From assembly GCA_951406725.2 (NCBI GenBank), contig OX597833.1:58466001-58530000 (forward strand): a DNA stretch of 64,000 nt, written 5' to 3'. The position numbers and the translations under genes are program-made. The notes under the pieces are model-generated. The model was given only the letters and a program-made list of their open reading frames with translations, did no database searches and was not told where the DNA came from. Positions 38,511-51,529 of this stretch are shown here, piece by piece. The first letter of the stretch is position 1; each line of letters starts with the position of its first letter. Source of the stretch: Octopus vulgaris. Taxonomy: Eukaryota.

Positions 38511-38985
38511 GGCAGTGAGCTGGCAGAAGCATTAGCACGCTGGGCAAAATACTTACCAGTATTTCATCTGTCTTCATGTTCTGAGTTCAAATTCTGCCGA
38601 GGTTGACTTAGCCTTTCATCATTTTAAATAAAAAAATAAATGCCCCCTTTTTAAAGACTAGCCAGGCTCATGGGCCCAGTTTCCCAGTTTCAAAGCTGGA
38701 CGGGACGCCAATCCATCGCAGTGTTACTCATTTTTGCCAGCTGAGTGGACTGGAGTAACGTGAAATGAAGTGTTTTGCTCAAGAACACAACGTGTCATCC
38801 GGTCCAAGAATCGAAACCACAATCTTACGATCATGATGCTGACACCCTAACCACTAAGCCATGCACCTCCACTTTCATCCTCTTGGGGTTGATAAATTAA
38901 GTACCAGTTGCATACTGAGGTCAATCTAATTGATTGGCACCCTTCCCCCTAAATTTCGGGCCTTGTACTTAGGGTAGAAAAGAGT
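38511..38985. mobile_element. SINE A (+) interrupted by another tRNA-derived SINE (-)
   Basis: CTTTCATC occurs on both sides of the ~38620-38872 insert; insert related to 18290-18480. Confidence 0.7.
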
Positions 38986-39133
38986 ATATATTATTAATAT
39001 GTAGTGTAAATATTCAAACATTGTCCCTATGTTTCCAAATCTTGCTGCATTTTCCATGGAACTTTTAGTCCTCCAAAATTGTCTTGGTGTATAGGTCGAC
39101 CTACCAGTTTTTTACAGTAAATTTTCGTCTAAA

Positions 39134-39250
39134 AAATTTGACTAGAAATTTGACTAGAAAAATTTGACTAGAAAAATTTGACTAGAAATTTGACTAGAAA
39201 AATTTGACTAGAAAAGTTTGACTAGAAATTTGACTAGAAAAATTTGACTT
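39134..39250. repeat. (AAATTTGACTAG[AA])n minisatellite, about 9 copies
   Basis: Directly visible. Confidence 0.95.
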
Positions 39251-40006
39251 GAAAAAAAAACAGTAGTTGTTTGCACTTAAATTTATCTGAATGTTGCAAG
39301 TCTAACAATGCAAATTTTTTTATGATGTCTCCAAAATAAAATAAAATAATATAAAAACTTTAAAAAAAAACCCCCCACACTTTTACAAAAATACAATTTT
39401 AAGTGATTTGATCTGAGACCACGTGTGACACTAAAACGATTACAGCATAGAAGACATATGTTAGCCATTCTGTTAACTTCTCTTAACCATTTATTATTTG
39501 GCATCAAAATTTCCTTTGCACCAGCTGTGACCCAGTTTATAACACAATTCCACTGCATCTCTTCACTTTGTGTAAAATATCTGATGTTGCATTTATTTTT
39601 CTAGGTGTGTCATCATAAAGGAAGATTTGTGAGGTTCACTTTTCAATGTCGTATACTTCAATTTTTTTATTGTTTTCAGTCATGAATTAGCGGCCATGCT
39701 GGAGCATTCTATGCATTTTCTTTCACTTGTTTCAGTCATTCGATTGTGGCCATGCTGGGGTATCGCTTTGAAGGGTTGTATTTGAATAAATCAACCTCAG
39801 GACTTATTTTTCAAGGCCTTACACTTATTCTGTTGGTCTCTCTTACTGAACCACTAAGTTATGGGGACGTAAACACACCAACACCAGTTGTCATGTGGCA
39901 GTGGGGAACAAACATGGACACAAAGAGACACACATACACATAGATATTAACCACATGCGTATCGGCGATTATCCTCCTCCGTCTTAACTTTTTTTGACTT
40001 TCCTCT

Positions 40007-40041
40007 ATTTCTGAAGAAGAGCTTTGCTCGAAATGTAAAAT
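40007..40041 (+). ncRNA. Minimal hammerhead-like motif in a Penelope-like fragment
   Basis: ATTT CTGAAGA A GAGC TTT GCTC GAAA TG TA AAAT: core intact, stem I ATTT/AAAT. Confidence 0.55.
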
Positions 40042-40179
40042 CCTCTTTCTTTCCTTTGCTGAGTGTCTGATAATACACTACTTGTATCACGTCCTCGCAT
40101 TGTTGTTTTTTCTTATTTGCTCTTCTTTGTATGGATTCCATACACACACACACACACACACACACACATAATAATAATA

Positions 40180-40567
40180 ATATTAGGGAGTATAACTCCA
40201 AACTTACAGGGAAAAATTCAATTTAGTATTAAATCAAATTTCACAATATAAATATATAAAATATAAATTTGAGATAAAACCACTATTATGCAACTCAAAC
40301 AGAGATAGACATAAACCAATACATAAATAACAAATAAAAAATATTTTTATAAAACATATAACTCAAAAAGTATAAAAATGAATGATCAATATATAATAAA
40401 CATATGTAGTTTTTTTACTTATTATATATTGATCACTCATTTTTATACTTTTTGAGATCTAGTTATGTTTTATAAACATATATAATATTTGTTATTTATG
40501 TTTTGGTTTATGCCTATCACTGTTTGAGTTGCATAATTGTGGTTTTATCTCTAATTTATATATTATA
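40180..40567. mobile_element. Fold-back element family P
   Basis: Long inverted repeat; same family as 6140 and 52705. Confidence 0.65.
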
Positions 40568-40812
40568 TCATCATCATCATCATCATCATCGTTTAACGTC
40601 CGTTTTCCGCGCTAGCACGGGTTGGACGGTTTCGACCGGGGTCTGGGGAGCTCGGGACTGCCCCAGGCTCCAGTCTAGTCTGGCAGTGTTTCTACAGCTG
40701 GATGCCCTTCCTAACGCCAACCACTCCGCGAGTGTAGTGGGTGTTTTTTACGTGCCACCTGCACAGGTGCCAGAGGGGTCTGGCATCGGCCACGTTCGGA
40801 TGGTGCTTTTTA
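40568..40812 (-). mobile_element. SINE-like family C 3' part
   Basis: (CAT)n GTTTAACGTCCG... ending at GGATGGTGCTTTTTA. Confidence 0.9.
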
Positions 40813-40813
40813 T

Positions 40814-41254
40814 GGGGGGGTGCAGAAATATAGGGGAGCACCAGTGGGAGGGGTGGTTCAGAGGACAGGTACTAGGCAAGTAGAACGTAGGATATCGAGA
40901 GAGGGGTAATGCATGGTGAAATAGCGTATTGAAGAGGGGGTTCAAAGAGTAGACACCTATAATGGTGGTGGGGGGTGCAGAAATATAGGGGAGCACCAGT
41001 GGGAGGGGTGGTTCAGAGGACAGGTTCTAGGCAAGTAGAACGTAGGATATCGAGAGAGGGGTAATGCATGGTGAAATAGCGTATTGAAGAGGGGGGTTCA
41101 AAGAGTAGACACCTATAATGGTGGTGGGGGGTGCAGAAATATAGGGGAGCACCAGTGGGAGGGGTGGTTCAGAGGACAGGTTCTAGGCAAGTAGAACGTA
41201 GGATATCGAGAGAGGGGTAATGCATGGTGAAATAGCGTATTGAAGAGGGGGGTT
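40814..41254. repeat. 155-156-bp unit, ~2.8 near-identical tandem copies
   Basis: TGCAGAAATA at 40821, 40976 and 41132. Confidence 0.95.
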
Positions 41255-42457
41255 TCTTTACTTTGGTCAAATGGAAAGGTCTCTGTTGGCGTATTAGTGA
41301 AGTCAAACTCTGCTAGGATACACTTGGAAGAGCTGGTTACCAGTGGGCAGGAAGTGTAGCCATTATATTTAGACTTAAAGTCATTGCTTCCTTTCATTTT
41401 TGCCATCAAGTTTTTAGACAGAACATCACACTGACCGGCAGCAGCAGCCGCTGTCTTTGATGTAGGAATATTTGTACAGTCTCCAACGCCAAAGATGTTG
41501 TCGTATTTCACGTGTTGCAATGTCTCTTTATTCACGTTCAGGAAACCTGCTGCATCACTCAATACACTCTTACTGATGACATCGGGAGCCGACATTGGTG
41601 GGGTCACATGAAGGAAATCATATTTAAAAGTTGCTGTTTCACCACTCTCACTGTCTAGCTTCTTAAAAATTGCCTCTCCAGTCTCTGGTCGCACTTCAAT
41701 AAGACTGTGTTTGAAGTTCACATGAATACCGCGGTCTTTGGCAATCACATACAGCTTTTCAGAATAGTGTTTCACAACAAACATCACACCCAGAGAAGTG
41801 TTGAATAAAACGTTGGCTTTATCACGCTTGCCAGTCTTATTAAAAATATTCTTCAGCTAAATACATAATCTTCTGTGGGGCTCCCCCACATTTAATGGGG
41901 GTAGCTGGTACTGTGAAAATAGCATTACCTCCTTCAAAGGCCTGCAATGCAGGAAATGTTTTGCCTACAGTTCTAATACTGTAATTGGAACAAATTCGGG
42001 GATCTGACTTCAAACCTTCAATCAAGCCTTTTACCAAGTGAAAGTTTAGTTGTAAACCTAAGGCAAGCACCAAATATTCATAATGAACCTTGCTGCCATC
42101 TTTGAGAGTAACAAAGTTTTTGTCTGGATTAAAGCCGACAACTGAATCGTTAATCCATTCACTGTTTGGTGGTATCACTGAAGCCATGGTTCTCCTGGAA
42201 TCGCTTAGTTTTTTCAGTCCTCCACCAACTAATGTCCATAATGGTTGATAGTAATGCTCCTTGTTTTTTTCGATCACGGCGACACTTCCCTTGTCTAGGG
42301 ATCGTGAAAAGGTAGATGCTATGCTAGATCCAGCGGTGCCAGCGCCGACCACGACCAATTTATAAGATCGGTCTTGTGAAGCATATCTGAGGCACTGATG
42401 AACGGTTTTCGGAAGGACATTAGTCCTTAATGTAACTGCTGAAATGTTAGAGAGCAT
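41253..42457 (-). pseudogene. SQOR: Intronless mitochondrial-type sulfide:quinone oxidoreductase copy; 1-nt frameshift at ~41842 and C-terminus missing
   Basis: VVVGAGTAG FAD motif, HYYQPLWTLVGGG, IKCGGAPQKIMYL, GDCTNIPTSKTAAA, YTSCPLVT, ETFPFDQSKE; removing one T in TATTTTTAAT joins the two ORFs as EEYFNKTGKRDKANVLFNTSLG. Confidence 0.92.
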
Positions 42458-42530
42458 TGTACTGACTGAGCATTTGACTGACTGACTAGCGGCGCGTGTG
42501 TATGCACATATAATGTATATTATACTACGT

Positions 42531-43708
<1,178 letters not shown>

Positions 43709-44674
43709 TAGTCAGAATAGTCAGAAGGAAACTAATCACCTTCCTTGAAGAAAATGACTTGCTGCCTGACACCCAACATGGTTTCCGACCAGGAAGAAGC
43801 TGCTTAACTCAGCTCCTGCAGCACTATGACTGGGTGCTGAAACAACTGCTCAACCACTCAAATGTGGAAGTCATATATCTCGACTTCGCAAAGGCCTTCG
43901 ATAAAGTCGATCATGGAATGATATGTCACAAACTGCGTGATCTTGGCATAGTTGGAAAACTAGGAGAATGGCTTCACGACTTTCTGAAGAATAGAAGTCA
44001 GGTGGTAGTAGCAAATAGTGAGCGGTGTTCCACAGGGCACTGTTTTGGGACCACTACTGTTCATAATGGCCCTCTCAGACATGCCCTCAGCCACGCGGAG
44101 AGCCACGATCACAAGTTATGCAGATGATACAAAAGTTTCACAGGCAATACAGAACCCTGAAGACACTAGGCACCTGCAATATGAGCTGGACGAAATATAC
44201 AAGTGGGCTGAAAAGAATAGCATGCAGTTCAATGCTGAAAAGTTTCAAGCTTTATACTATCAGCATGCAAAACTGAATGCAATACCCAAGGAATACACTG
44301 GACCCGGAGGGATTGCAATCCCAGAGGCACAATCAGTGCGTGACCTGGGTATTCACATGAGTGATGACGCGACCTTTCATGTACATGTTGCTAAACTGAC
44401 AATGAAATGCAGACGGCTGGCTGGATGGATTCTTAGAACCTTTAGAACAAGAGAACAAGAAACCATGATGGTCCTCTGGAAGACACTTGTCCTAAGTCAC
44501 TTTGACTATTGCTCTCAGCTATGGTCACCATCCAGTGTCAAGTTGATCACAGAACTTGAGGCGATCCAACGAAGCTACACGAAGAAGATAGCCTCCATGC
44601 AGAATGTAAGCTACTGGGAAAGACTCAAGAGATTAAAATTATATTCGCTGGAGCATAGGCGGGAAAGATATGCC

Positions 44675-44680
<6 letters not shown>
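43709..44680 (+). mobile_element. CR1/Jockey-type LINE reverse transcriptase fragment
   Basis: [45 protein letters not shown]; frameshift near 44017. Confidence 0.95.
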
Positions 44681-44718
<38 letters not shown>

Positions 44719-44759
44719 GGTGAGAAAGTTGGTGTGTGAAAGCACGTGGTTGAATATAT

Positions 44760-44979
44760 AGAAAATAGTAAAAGTGAAAAAACTACAGAAGGCTTGTTTT
44801 AAAAGGTTAAAAAATATATATTTGAGTCATTATGTCTGAAGAATGTTATAAACCGGTCATTTCTTCAAAAACTATGTCATTGTATGAAAAAAATTTATAA
44901 CATTCTTCAGACATAATGACTCAAATATATATTTTTTAACCTTTTAAAACAAGCCTTCTGTAGTTTTTTCACTTTTTAC

Positions 44980-44990
<11 letters not shown>
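44760..44990. mobile_element. Near-perfect fold-back element in (TA)n
   Basis: ~90-bp arms AAAATAGTAAAAGTG...GAATGTTATAAA and its reverse complement. Confidence 0.7.
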
Positions 44991-45015
<25 letters not shown>

Positions 45016-45017
<2 letters not shown>

Positions 45018-45420
45018 TTTTTACTCTTTTACTTGTTTCAGTCATTTGATTGTGGCCATGCTGGAGCACCACCTTTAGTCGAGCAAATCGACCCCAGGAT
45101 TTATTCTTTGTAAGCTTAGTACTTATTCTATCGGTCTCTTTTGCCGAACCGCTAAGTGACGGGGACGTAAACACACCAGCATCGGTTGTCAAGCAATGCT
45201 AGGGGGACAAACACAGACACACAAACACACACATACATATATATATATACATATATACGACAGGCTTCTTTCAGTTTCTGTCTACCAAATCCACTCACAA
45301 GGCATTGGTCGGCCCGGGGCTATAGCAGAAGACACTTGCCCAAGATGCCACGCAGTGGGACTGAACCCGGAACCATGTGGTTGGTTAGCAAGCTACTTAC
45401 CACACAGCCACTCCTGCGCC
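45016..45420 (-). mobile_element. SINE family B, full length
   Basis: Reverse complement of the family B consensus. Confidence 0.9.
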
Positions 45421-45433
45421 TAAATTAACATGC

Positions 45434-45505
45434 CTCCCCGGAGGGGAATCGAACCCCGGTCTCCCACGTGACAGGCGGGGATACTTACCACTATATTACC
45501 GAGGA
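45434..45505 (-). tRNA. tRNA-Asp(GTC), possibly a retrocopy
   Basis: TCCTCGGTAATATAGTGGTAAGTATCCCCGCCTGTCACGTGGGAGACCGGGGTTCGATTCCCCTCCGGGGAG; one T-stem mismatch; no T4 terminator nearby. Confidence 0.88.
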
Positions 45506-45535
45506 CAGCTACCGAGGACAGCTACCGAGGACATG

Positions 45536-45648
<113 letters not shown>

Positions 45649-46199
45649 GACAGGCTTCTTTCAGTTTCCATCTGCCAAATCCCCACACAAGACTGGTCAG
45701 CTCATGGCTGTAGTAGAAGACACTTGCCCAAGGTGCCGCACAATAGGACAGAACCCAGAACCATGTGGTTTGGAAGCAAACTTCATACCGCACAGCCACG
45801 CCTGCACTTAGTAACTCTTCCAAAGTAAATAATACCAATTAGTCGCTTTCAATGCTGAAAATTAAGTGTTTGAAAGGCAGCAACTTTATAATGCTATCAG
45901 TGTTCTATCTTTGCATTCATTTGTTTCAGTGGACTGTGGCCAGCCTGGAGCACTGCCTTCATTGGTTTAGTCAAACGAATCGATTCTAGTGTTTATTTTT
46001 AAGCCCGGTACTTACTTGTTCCATTGGTCTCTTTTTGCAGAACTGCTAAGTTACAAGGATGTAAACAAACCGACACCAGTTGTCAAGTATTGACGGGGGT
46101 CGAAGTGGGGCTGTTAAACATAACACACATACACATACATACATCCATACACACACACATGATGGCTGTCCCTTCGTAACCGAGGAAGACCATTGCTGA

Positions 46200-47645
46200 C
46201 CTTCAGGAACATTGTGCACTGTAGGACTAATATTTTGCATTTGTGGCACCGTTGGTGGCTAATGAGCCCTGATCTTGACAAGCATACACAACTGCAAACT
46301 CTACAAACCAAGCTTTCAAGCAGCATGTTGAAATTCTTCATGCATAATACGTCCTCTCTCAAAGGTGTCGATCCCCTCCTTAGCCCTTTTGTTACTGTAT
46401 TTATTTTGTGATGCTCTGTGTTTCTTTCAATTACTTTAAATATTACAAAGAATTTAGTAAAATAACTTAGTTATCACTAAGCTAGTGTTAGGAACATAAA
46501 TTGTGACTAAGGTTTGGTGGAAGATTTTAATTTAACACTTATGGAAACAAGACATTTGTACTACAGAGCCAGAGGCGGTTTCAGCTGGGTTGGTATTAAA
46601 AGGGTTAAGAATTGTTCCTCTATTATATATTTAACCCTTTTGTTACCATATTTATTTTGAGATGCTCTGTGTTTCTTTCAATTACTTTTAAATATAACAA
46701 AGAATTTAGTAAAATAACTTAGTTATCATTCAGCTAGTGTTAGGAACATAAATTGTGACTAAGGTTTGGTGGAAGATTTTTAATTCAAAACTTATGGAAA
46801 CAAGACATTTGTACTCAAAGCCAGAGCCGGTTTCTGCCGGGTTGGTATCGAAAGGGTTAATCTGCTTCCTCCATCTGTCGTGATGACAAGCATTGCTCTC
46901 CCAGTCAGTCTCCTTCATATCAGAGGCCTTTACTGAGGACTTGACACAGTCCTTAAATCGCAGCCTTGTTTTCTCCTGTGGTCTCTTTCCATTAACAAGT
47001 TCCCCATAGAGCATCTGTTTAGGGATCATGTTATCCTTCATTCTAATAATATCCCCAGTCCAACGTAACCGGTGCTTGTGCCCCATTACCTCAATACTCA
47101 AGATATCAGCTGTCCTCAGGACCTGTGTGTCAGGAGCTTTTAAAGTCTGGCTGAAATTCAGAATACATCTCAGACATCTTTGATGAAAGCATTCAAGGAT
47201 CCTTACATGAAGTTTGTAAAGGGTTCATGTCTCATATGAGTAAAGGAGCAATGTCAGTACACATGCATGGTACACAGCAATTTTTGTTTGCTTTGTGATG
47301 CCATGCTGGGGCCAGACACAAGCCTGGAGAGGCTGGAAGGAATCAGTTGCTCTCTGCAGCCTGAAAGATATTTCATCATCCAAGGAGCAAGAAAATGAGA
47401 AAGAGAGATAGAGTTAGTGATCGAAAGTGTGTGTTGCGATGATTGCCCAGTATTGTTCCTTCAACCAAGGTAGCTGGTTCCACATATGGATTTCTTGGTG
47501 CAGGCTGGAATATTACAACAGTCTTGTCTAGGCTAATGCTGAGTCCAAATGCCCTGCAAGAAGCAGAAATATGATTCATAAGTATTTGCATGTCATCTAC
47601 TGTATATGAGTGACTAAGTCACAGTCGTCTGCATAAAGGAGGTCA
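46200..47645 (-). mobile_element. RTE/BovB-like LINE 3' portion
   Basis: LLYADD region, FGLSISLDKT, HRLRWTGDIIRMKD..IPKQMLYGEL..GKR...RLRFKD; C-terminal CRVC..VCLSRSGLISHQR. Confidence 0.9.
46384..46856. mobile_element. Two adjacent TTAA-flanked (piggyBac-like) MITEs (46384-46604, 46635-46856)
   Basis: TTAACCCTTT...AAAGGGTTAA; near-identical bodies; related to the host MITE at ~11265-11893. Confidence 0.8.
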
Positions 47646-47704
47646 CGAATAAGAAACCAGAAAACTTTTGAATTGGTAGCAAACTGGTGCAGATTGGATG
47701 GATG

Positions 47705-48003
47705 GAAGCACTCCGTCGGTTACGACGACGAGGGTTCGACGTAGTTCTCGGGGATATTCAGCGTGACACAGAGAGTGACAAGGCCGGCCCTTTGAAATAC
47801 ATGTACAACAGAAACAGGAAGTAAGAGTGAGAGAAAGTTGTGGTGAAAGAGTACAGCAGGGATCACCACCATCCCCTGCCGGAGCCTCGTGGAGCTTTAG
47901 GTGTTTTCGCTCAATAAACACTCACAACGCCCGGTCTGGGAATCGAAACCGCGATCCTACGACCGCGAGTCCGCTGCCCTAACCACTGGGCCATTGCGCC
48001 TCC
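47705..48003 (-). mobile_element. SINE family D
   Basis: Reverse complement of the tRNA-like head and body. Confidence 0.85.
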
Positions 48004-48344
48004 TGGTGCAGATTAGAGAGGCGGCCACAAGGTTGATACCTTACGTATATTCCCAGAGAGCTAACCTTAGCAAACGCATGAGTGAAAGCAGCATCGAAGT
48101 ACAAAGTATAAGCCAAATATCAGAAATCACCACAAACCACTCACGTGCACACAACATCCCAATCCCGTGAACACCCCCAAACCCACACACAAACACACAC
48201 ACACACACACGCATACACAATTGTTGTAGATGTCAAGTAAGGATTAAAATCAACATGAGTGACATAAGTTTTCAAGTCGTAACAAAACAAATTACATGAT
48301 TAATTCCTCATTGATGGAGCTTGCCCCCTCACCCCCACAACCCC

Positions 48345-48774
48345 CACACACCACCACCGCCACCGCCGCCGCCACTACCACCGCCACCGCCGCCACCACC
48401 ACCACCACCACCACCACCACCACCACCACCACCACCACCACCACCACCATCACCACCACCACCGCCGCCGCCGCCACCACCACCACCACCACTGCTACCG
48501 CCACCATCTGTTGAATGCTATTGTTTGTATTGTTTCCTAAATACGAAATGCTTTTGTTCCATGTGGGTATTATGTTGTAATCAACACCAGCCAGCTACTA
48601 ATTAAATATTGCACTTGCTTTACTAATAATCTTAATTAAATGCTGTTTTGAATTATAATGACTGATTGTAATAGTGTTCGTGTTCAGTAGGACATATCCA
48701 CCCCGTCATTTTCTCCATCTCTTATTCCTAGAAGAGGTCATCATCATCATCATCACCATCATCATCCTCATCAC

Positions 48775-48832
<58 letters not shown>

Positions 48833-49112
48833 GTCATCGTCACCACCATCGTCATCGTCGTCGTCGTCGTCATCATCATCATCGTCGTCGTCATCATCAC
48901 CACCACCACCACCATCATCATCGTTGTTGCCGTCATCATCATCATCATCACCATCATCATCGTCACCATCATCATTATTTTCATCGCCATCGTCGTCGTC
49001 ATCATCATCATCATCGTCATCGTCATCGTCATTCTCCCCCTCATCATCATCATCGTCATCGTCATCATCATCATCATCATCATCAACATCATCATCATCA
49101 TCATCATCATCA
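48345..49112. repeat. (CAC/CGC)n array (48345-48508) and (CAT)n array (48738-49112)
   Basis: Directly visible; the second array adjoins a family C tail. Confidence 0.95.
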
Positions 49113-49299
49113 TTTAACATTTGTTTTCCAGATTGGCATGGATTGGTCATCGGTTTGGCTGGAGTTGGTCAGCTGATGAGCTGTCCAGACTCCAGTTGTC
49201 TGGTTTGGCAGGATTTCTAAGGCTCGATGTCCTTCCTGATGCCAAATACTTTATAAAGTGTGCTGGGTGATCTTACGGGCCAGTGGCACAAGTGTGTTT

Positions 49300-49890
49300 A
49301 CCTATTTCTTTACTACCCACAAGGGGCTAAACATAGAGGGGGCAAACAAGGACAGACAAAGGGATCAAATCGATTACATTGACCCCCAGTGCGAAACTGG
49401 TACTTAATTTATCGACCCCGAAAGGATGAAAGGCAAAGTCGACCTCGGCGGAATTTGAACTCAGAATGTAGCGGCAGACGAAATACCTATTTCTTTACTA
49501 CCCACAAGGGGCTAAACATAGAGGGGACAAACAAGGACAGACAAAGGGATTAAGTCAATTACATCGACCCCAGTGCGAAACAGGTACTTTATTTATCGAC
49601 CTCGAAAGGATGAAAGGCAAAGTCGACCTCGGCGGAATTTGAACTCAGAATGTAGCGGCAGACGAAATACCTATTTCTTTACTACCCACAAGGGGCTAAA
49701 CATAGAGGGGACAAACAAGGACAGACAAAGGGATTAAGTCAATTACATCGACCCCAGTGCGAAACAGGTACTTAATTTATCGACCCCGAAAGGATGAAAG
49801 GCAAAGTCGACCTCGGCAGAATTTGAACTCAAAACGTAACGACAGACAAAATACTGCTAATAATTGTGTCTGCCAGCTCACTGCCTTTTA
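49300..49890 (-). mobile_element. SINE family A trimer
   Basis: Three tandem ~184-bp units. Confidence 0.9.
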
Positions 49891-50447
49891 AATACATTTG
49901 TATAGGCTCCAGAATGTTATGTTTTACAATTTGAAACTGTAGTGAGATGGCTAAAATGTGTGCCTTAAATACATTTGTGTAGGCTCCAGAATGTTAAGTT
50001 TTGCAAACTGCATTCTGACCAATCAGTATGTGGCTTCACTAAATTACTTAAGTTGATTGGTGTTTGGTTTAGGTGTCAAGGTTTATTGAACATGTCAAGA
50101 AACCTGTATTTTGACCCTGGCCAAATTGCATGGCTATTTTTAGAAATGTTGTAAACAAAATTTTCTAGCGATTTATACATTTCAATTATCAACATCACCA
50201 TTATCATCACTTTTATTATTGTTGTCATTGGTGAAGGTGGTGGTAGGAGTAGTTGTGGTAACAGAACTTTAAACCCTAGCTAAGATTATTTTTATTAACT
50301 TTTGTCTTGACTTAGCTAATATTTCTCATCATGAGAACCTTTAGTATTGTTGTTGTTGTTAGTGGTAGTGTTCATAGCAGTCGAAATAGTACCTCTAAGT
50401 ATCAGTAATATTGTTTATTTAGCTTGGGTTGGATATTATCAATAAAG

Positions 50448-50998
50448 GGATCTTTTCAGTTTGAACAGCAGTTTTTTCTAGCGGTGTCATATAAAATTGT
50501 CACCCATAATTATGACCCTAGTATTGATCTATTGCATTTCAATCTATTTTAGGGTTAGGGTTAGTTAGGGGTGGGGGAAGGGTATCTTTTTTTCTTCACA
50601 AATGTAAATAAACCAAATCTGTTTCTTAAATGAGGGACATATTCATACGGCACAGAATGCTTTTTAACTCAATAGACGTCACTGATTGGTTGAAATTGCA
50701 GAAATTGAAGAAAAAAACAACAACAAATATCTTACAAAGTATAGAATTTTCTCAATAAAGCGAAGAGAAAAATATGTTTTATAAACACATTCTACCAGTA
50801 TACAAAGTTTAAAAGTTTTTAGTTACCTAGATTAGGTTTATTTACATTTGTGAAGAAAAAAAAGATACCCTTCTCCCCACCCCTAACCCTAACCTAAAAC
50901 AGATTGAAATGCAATAGATCGATTCTAGGGTCATAATTATGGGTGACAATCTCATATGACACCGCTAGAAAAAACTGCCGGTCAAACCGAAAAGATCC
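50448..50998. mobile_element. MITE of the 1516 family with its right end replaced by an inverted left end
   Basis: 50448-50830 matches 1516-~1880; 50832-50998 is the reverse complement of its first ~170 bp. Confidence 0.85.
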
Positions 50999-51529
50999 CA
51001 AGCCTTTTCTTTCAAACCATTCTCATATGTTAACGCATTACATCCAGTAATAAATGTTATGAATTATTATGAACGTCTCACAAGTTCTTATTTTTCTTGC
51101 CGTTTTACGTACAAGATGGTGACCCCTCTTTCTCGCATGCAATTGTAAAATTGTAGGTCGTCACATCCTGACATCACTACAAACTTAAAATCATGGTCAT
51201 TCACACATACAGGCATGTCCTGTATGACCATCGCCTTGCCTGTACTTCTTTGTATCTCCACTGGCACTGGCAACCCCATTGGTGCTGGTGCCATGTAAAA
51301 TGCACCTGTGCCAGTATCAGGTGGAGATGCACCTTCGCTGGGACAACATAAGAAGCACCCAGTACACTCTGTAAAGTGTTTGGTATTAAGAAGAACGTCC
51401 AGCAGTAGAAATTTGGACGGCTGGAGCCTGGTGCTGCCCTCCAGCTTGCCAGCTCTTATCGAACTGTCTAACCCATGCCAGCATGGAAAACGGACGTTAA
51501 ATGAGGAAGATGGTATGTAGTGATTATAT

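Noticed and set aside
41256-41266. GTAAAG as a splice donor rescuing the SQOR C-terminus
   Set aside because: Homology continues past it (SKE) and I found no downstream exon encoding the missing helices
41253-42457. SQOR as a bacterial horizontal transfer or contaminant because it lacks introns
   Set aside because: It has a mitochondrial-targeting-like N-terminus and follows the animal SQOR sequence closely (e.g. KTGKR.KAN..FNTSLG, ETFPFDQSKE); a phylogeny would be decisive
48292-49220. Poly-P, poly-T and poly-D ORFs
   Set aside because: Trinucleotide arrays
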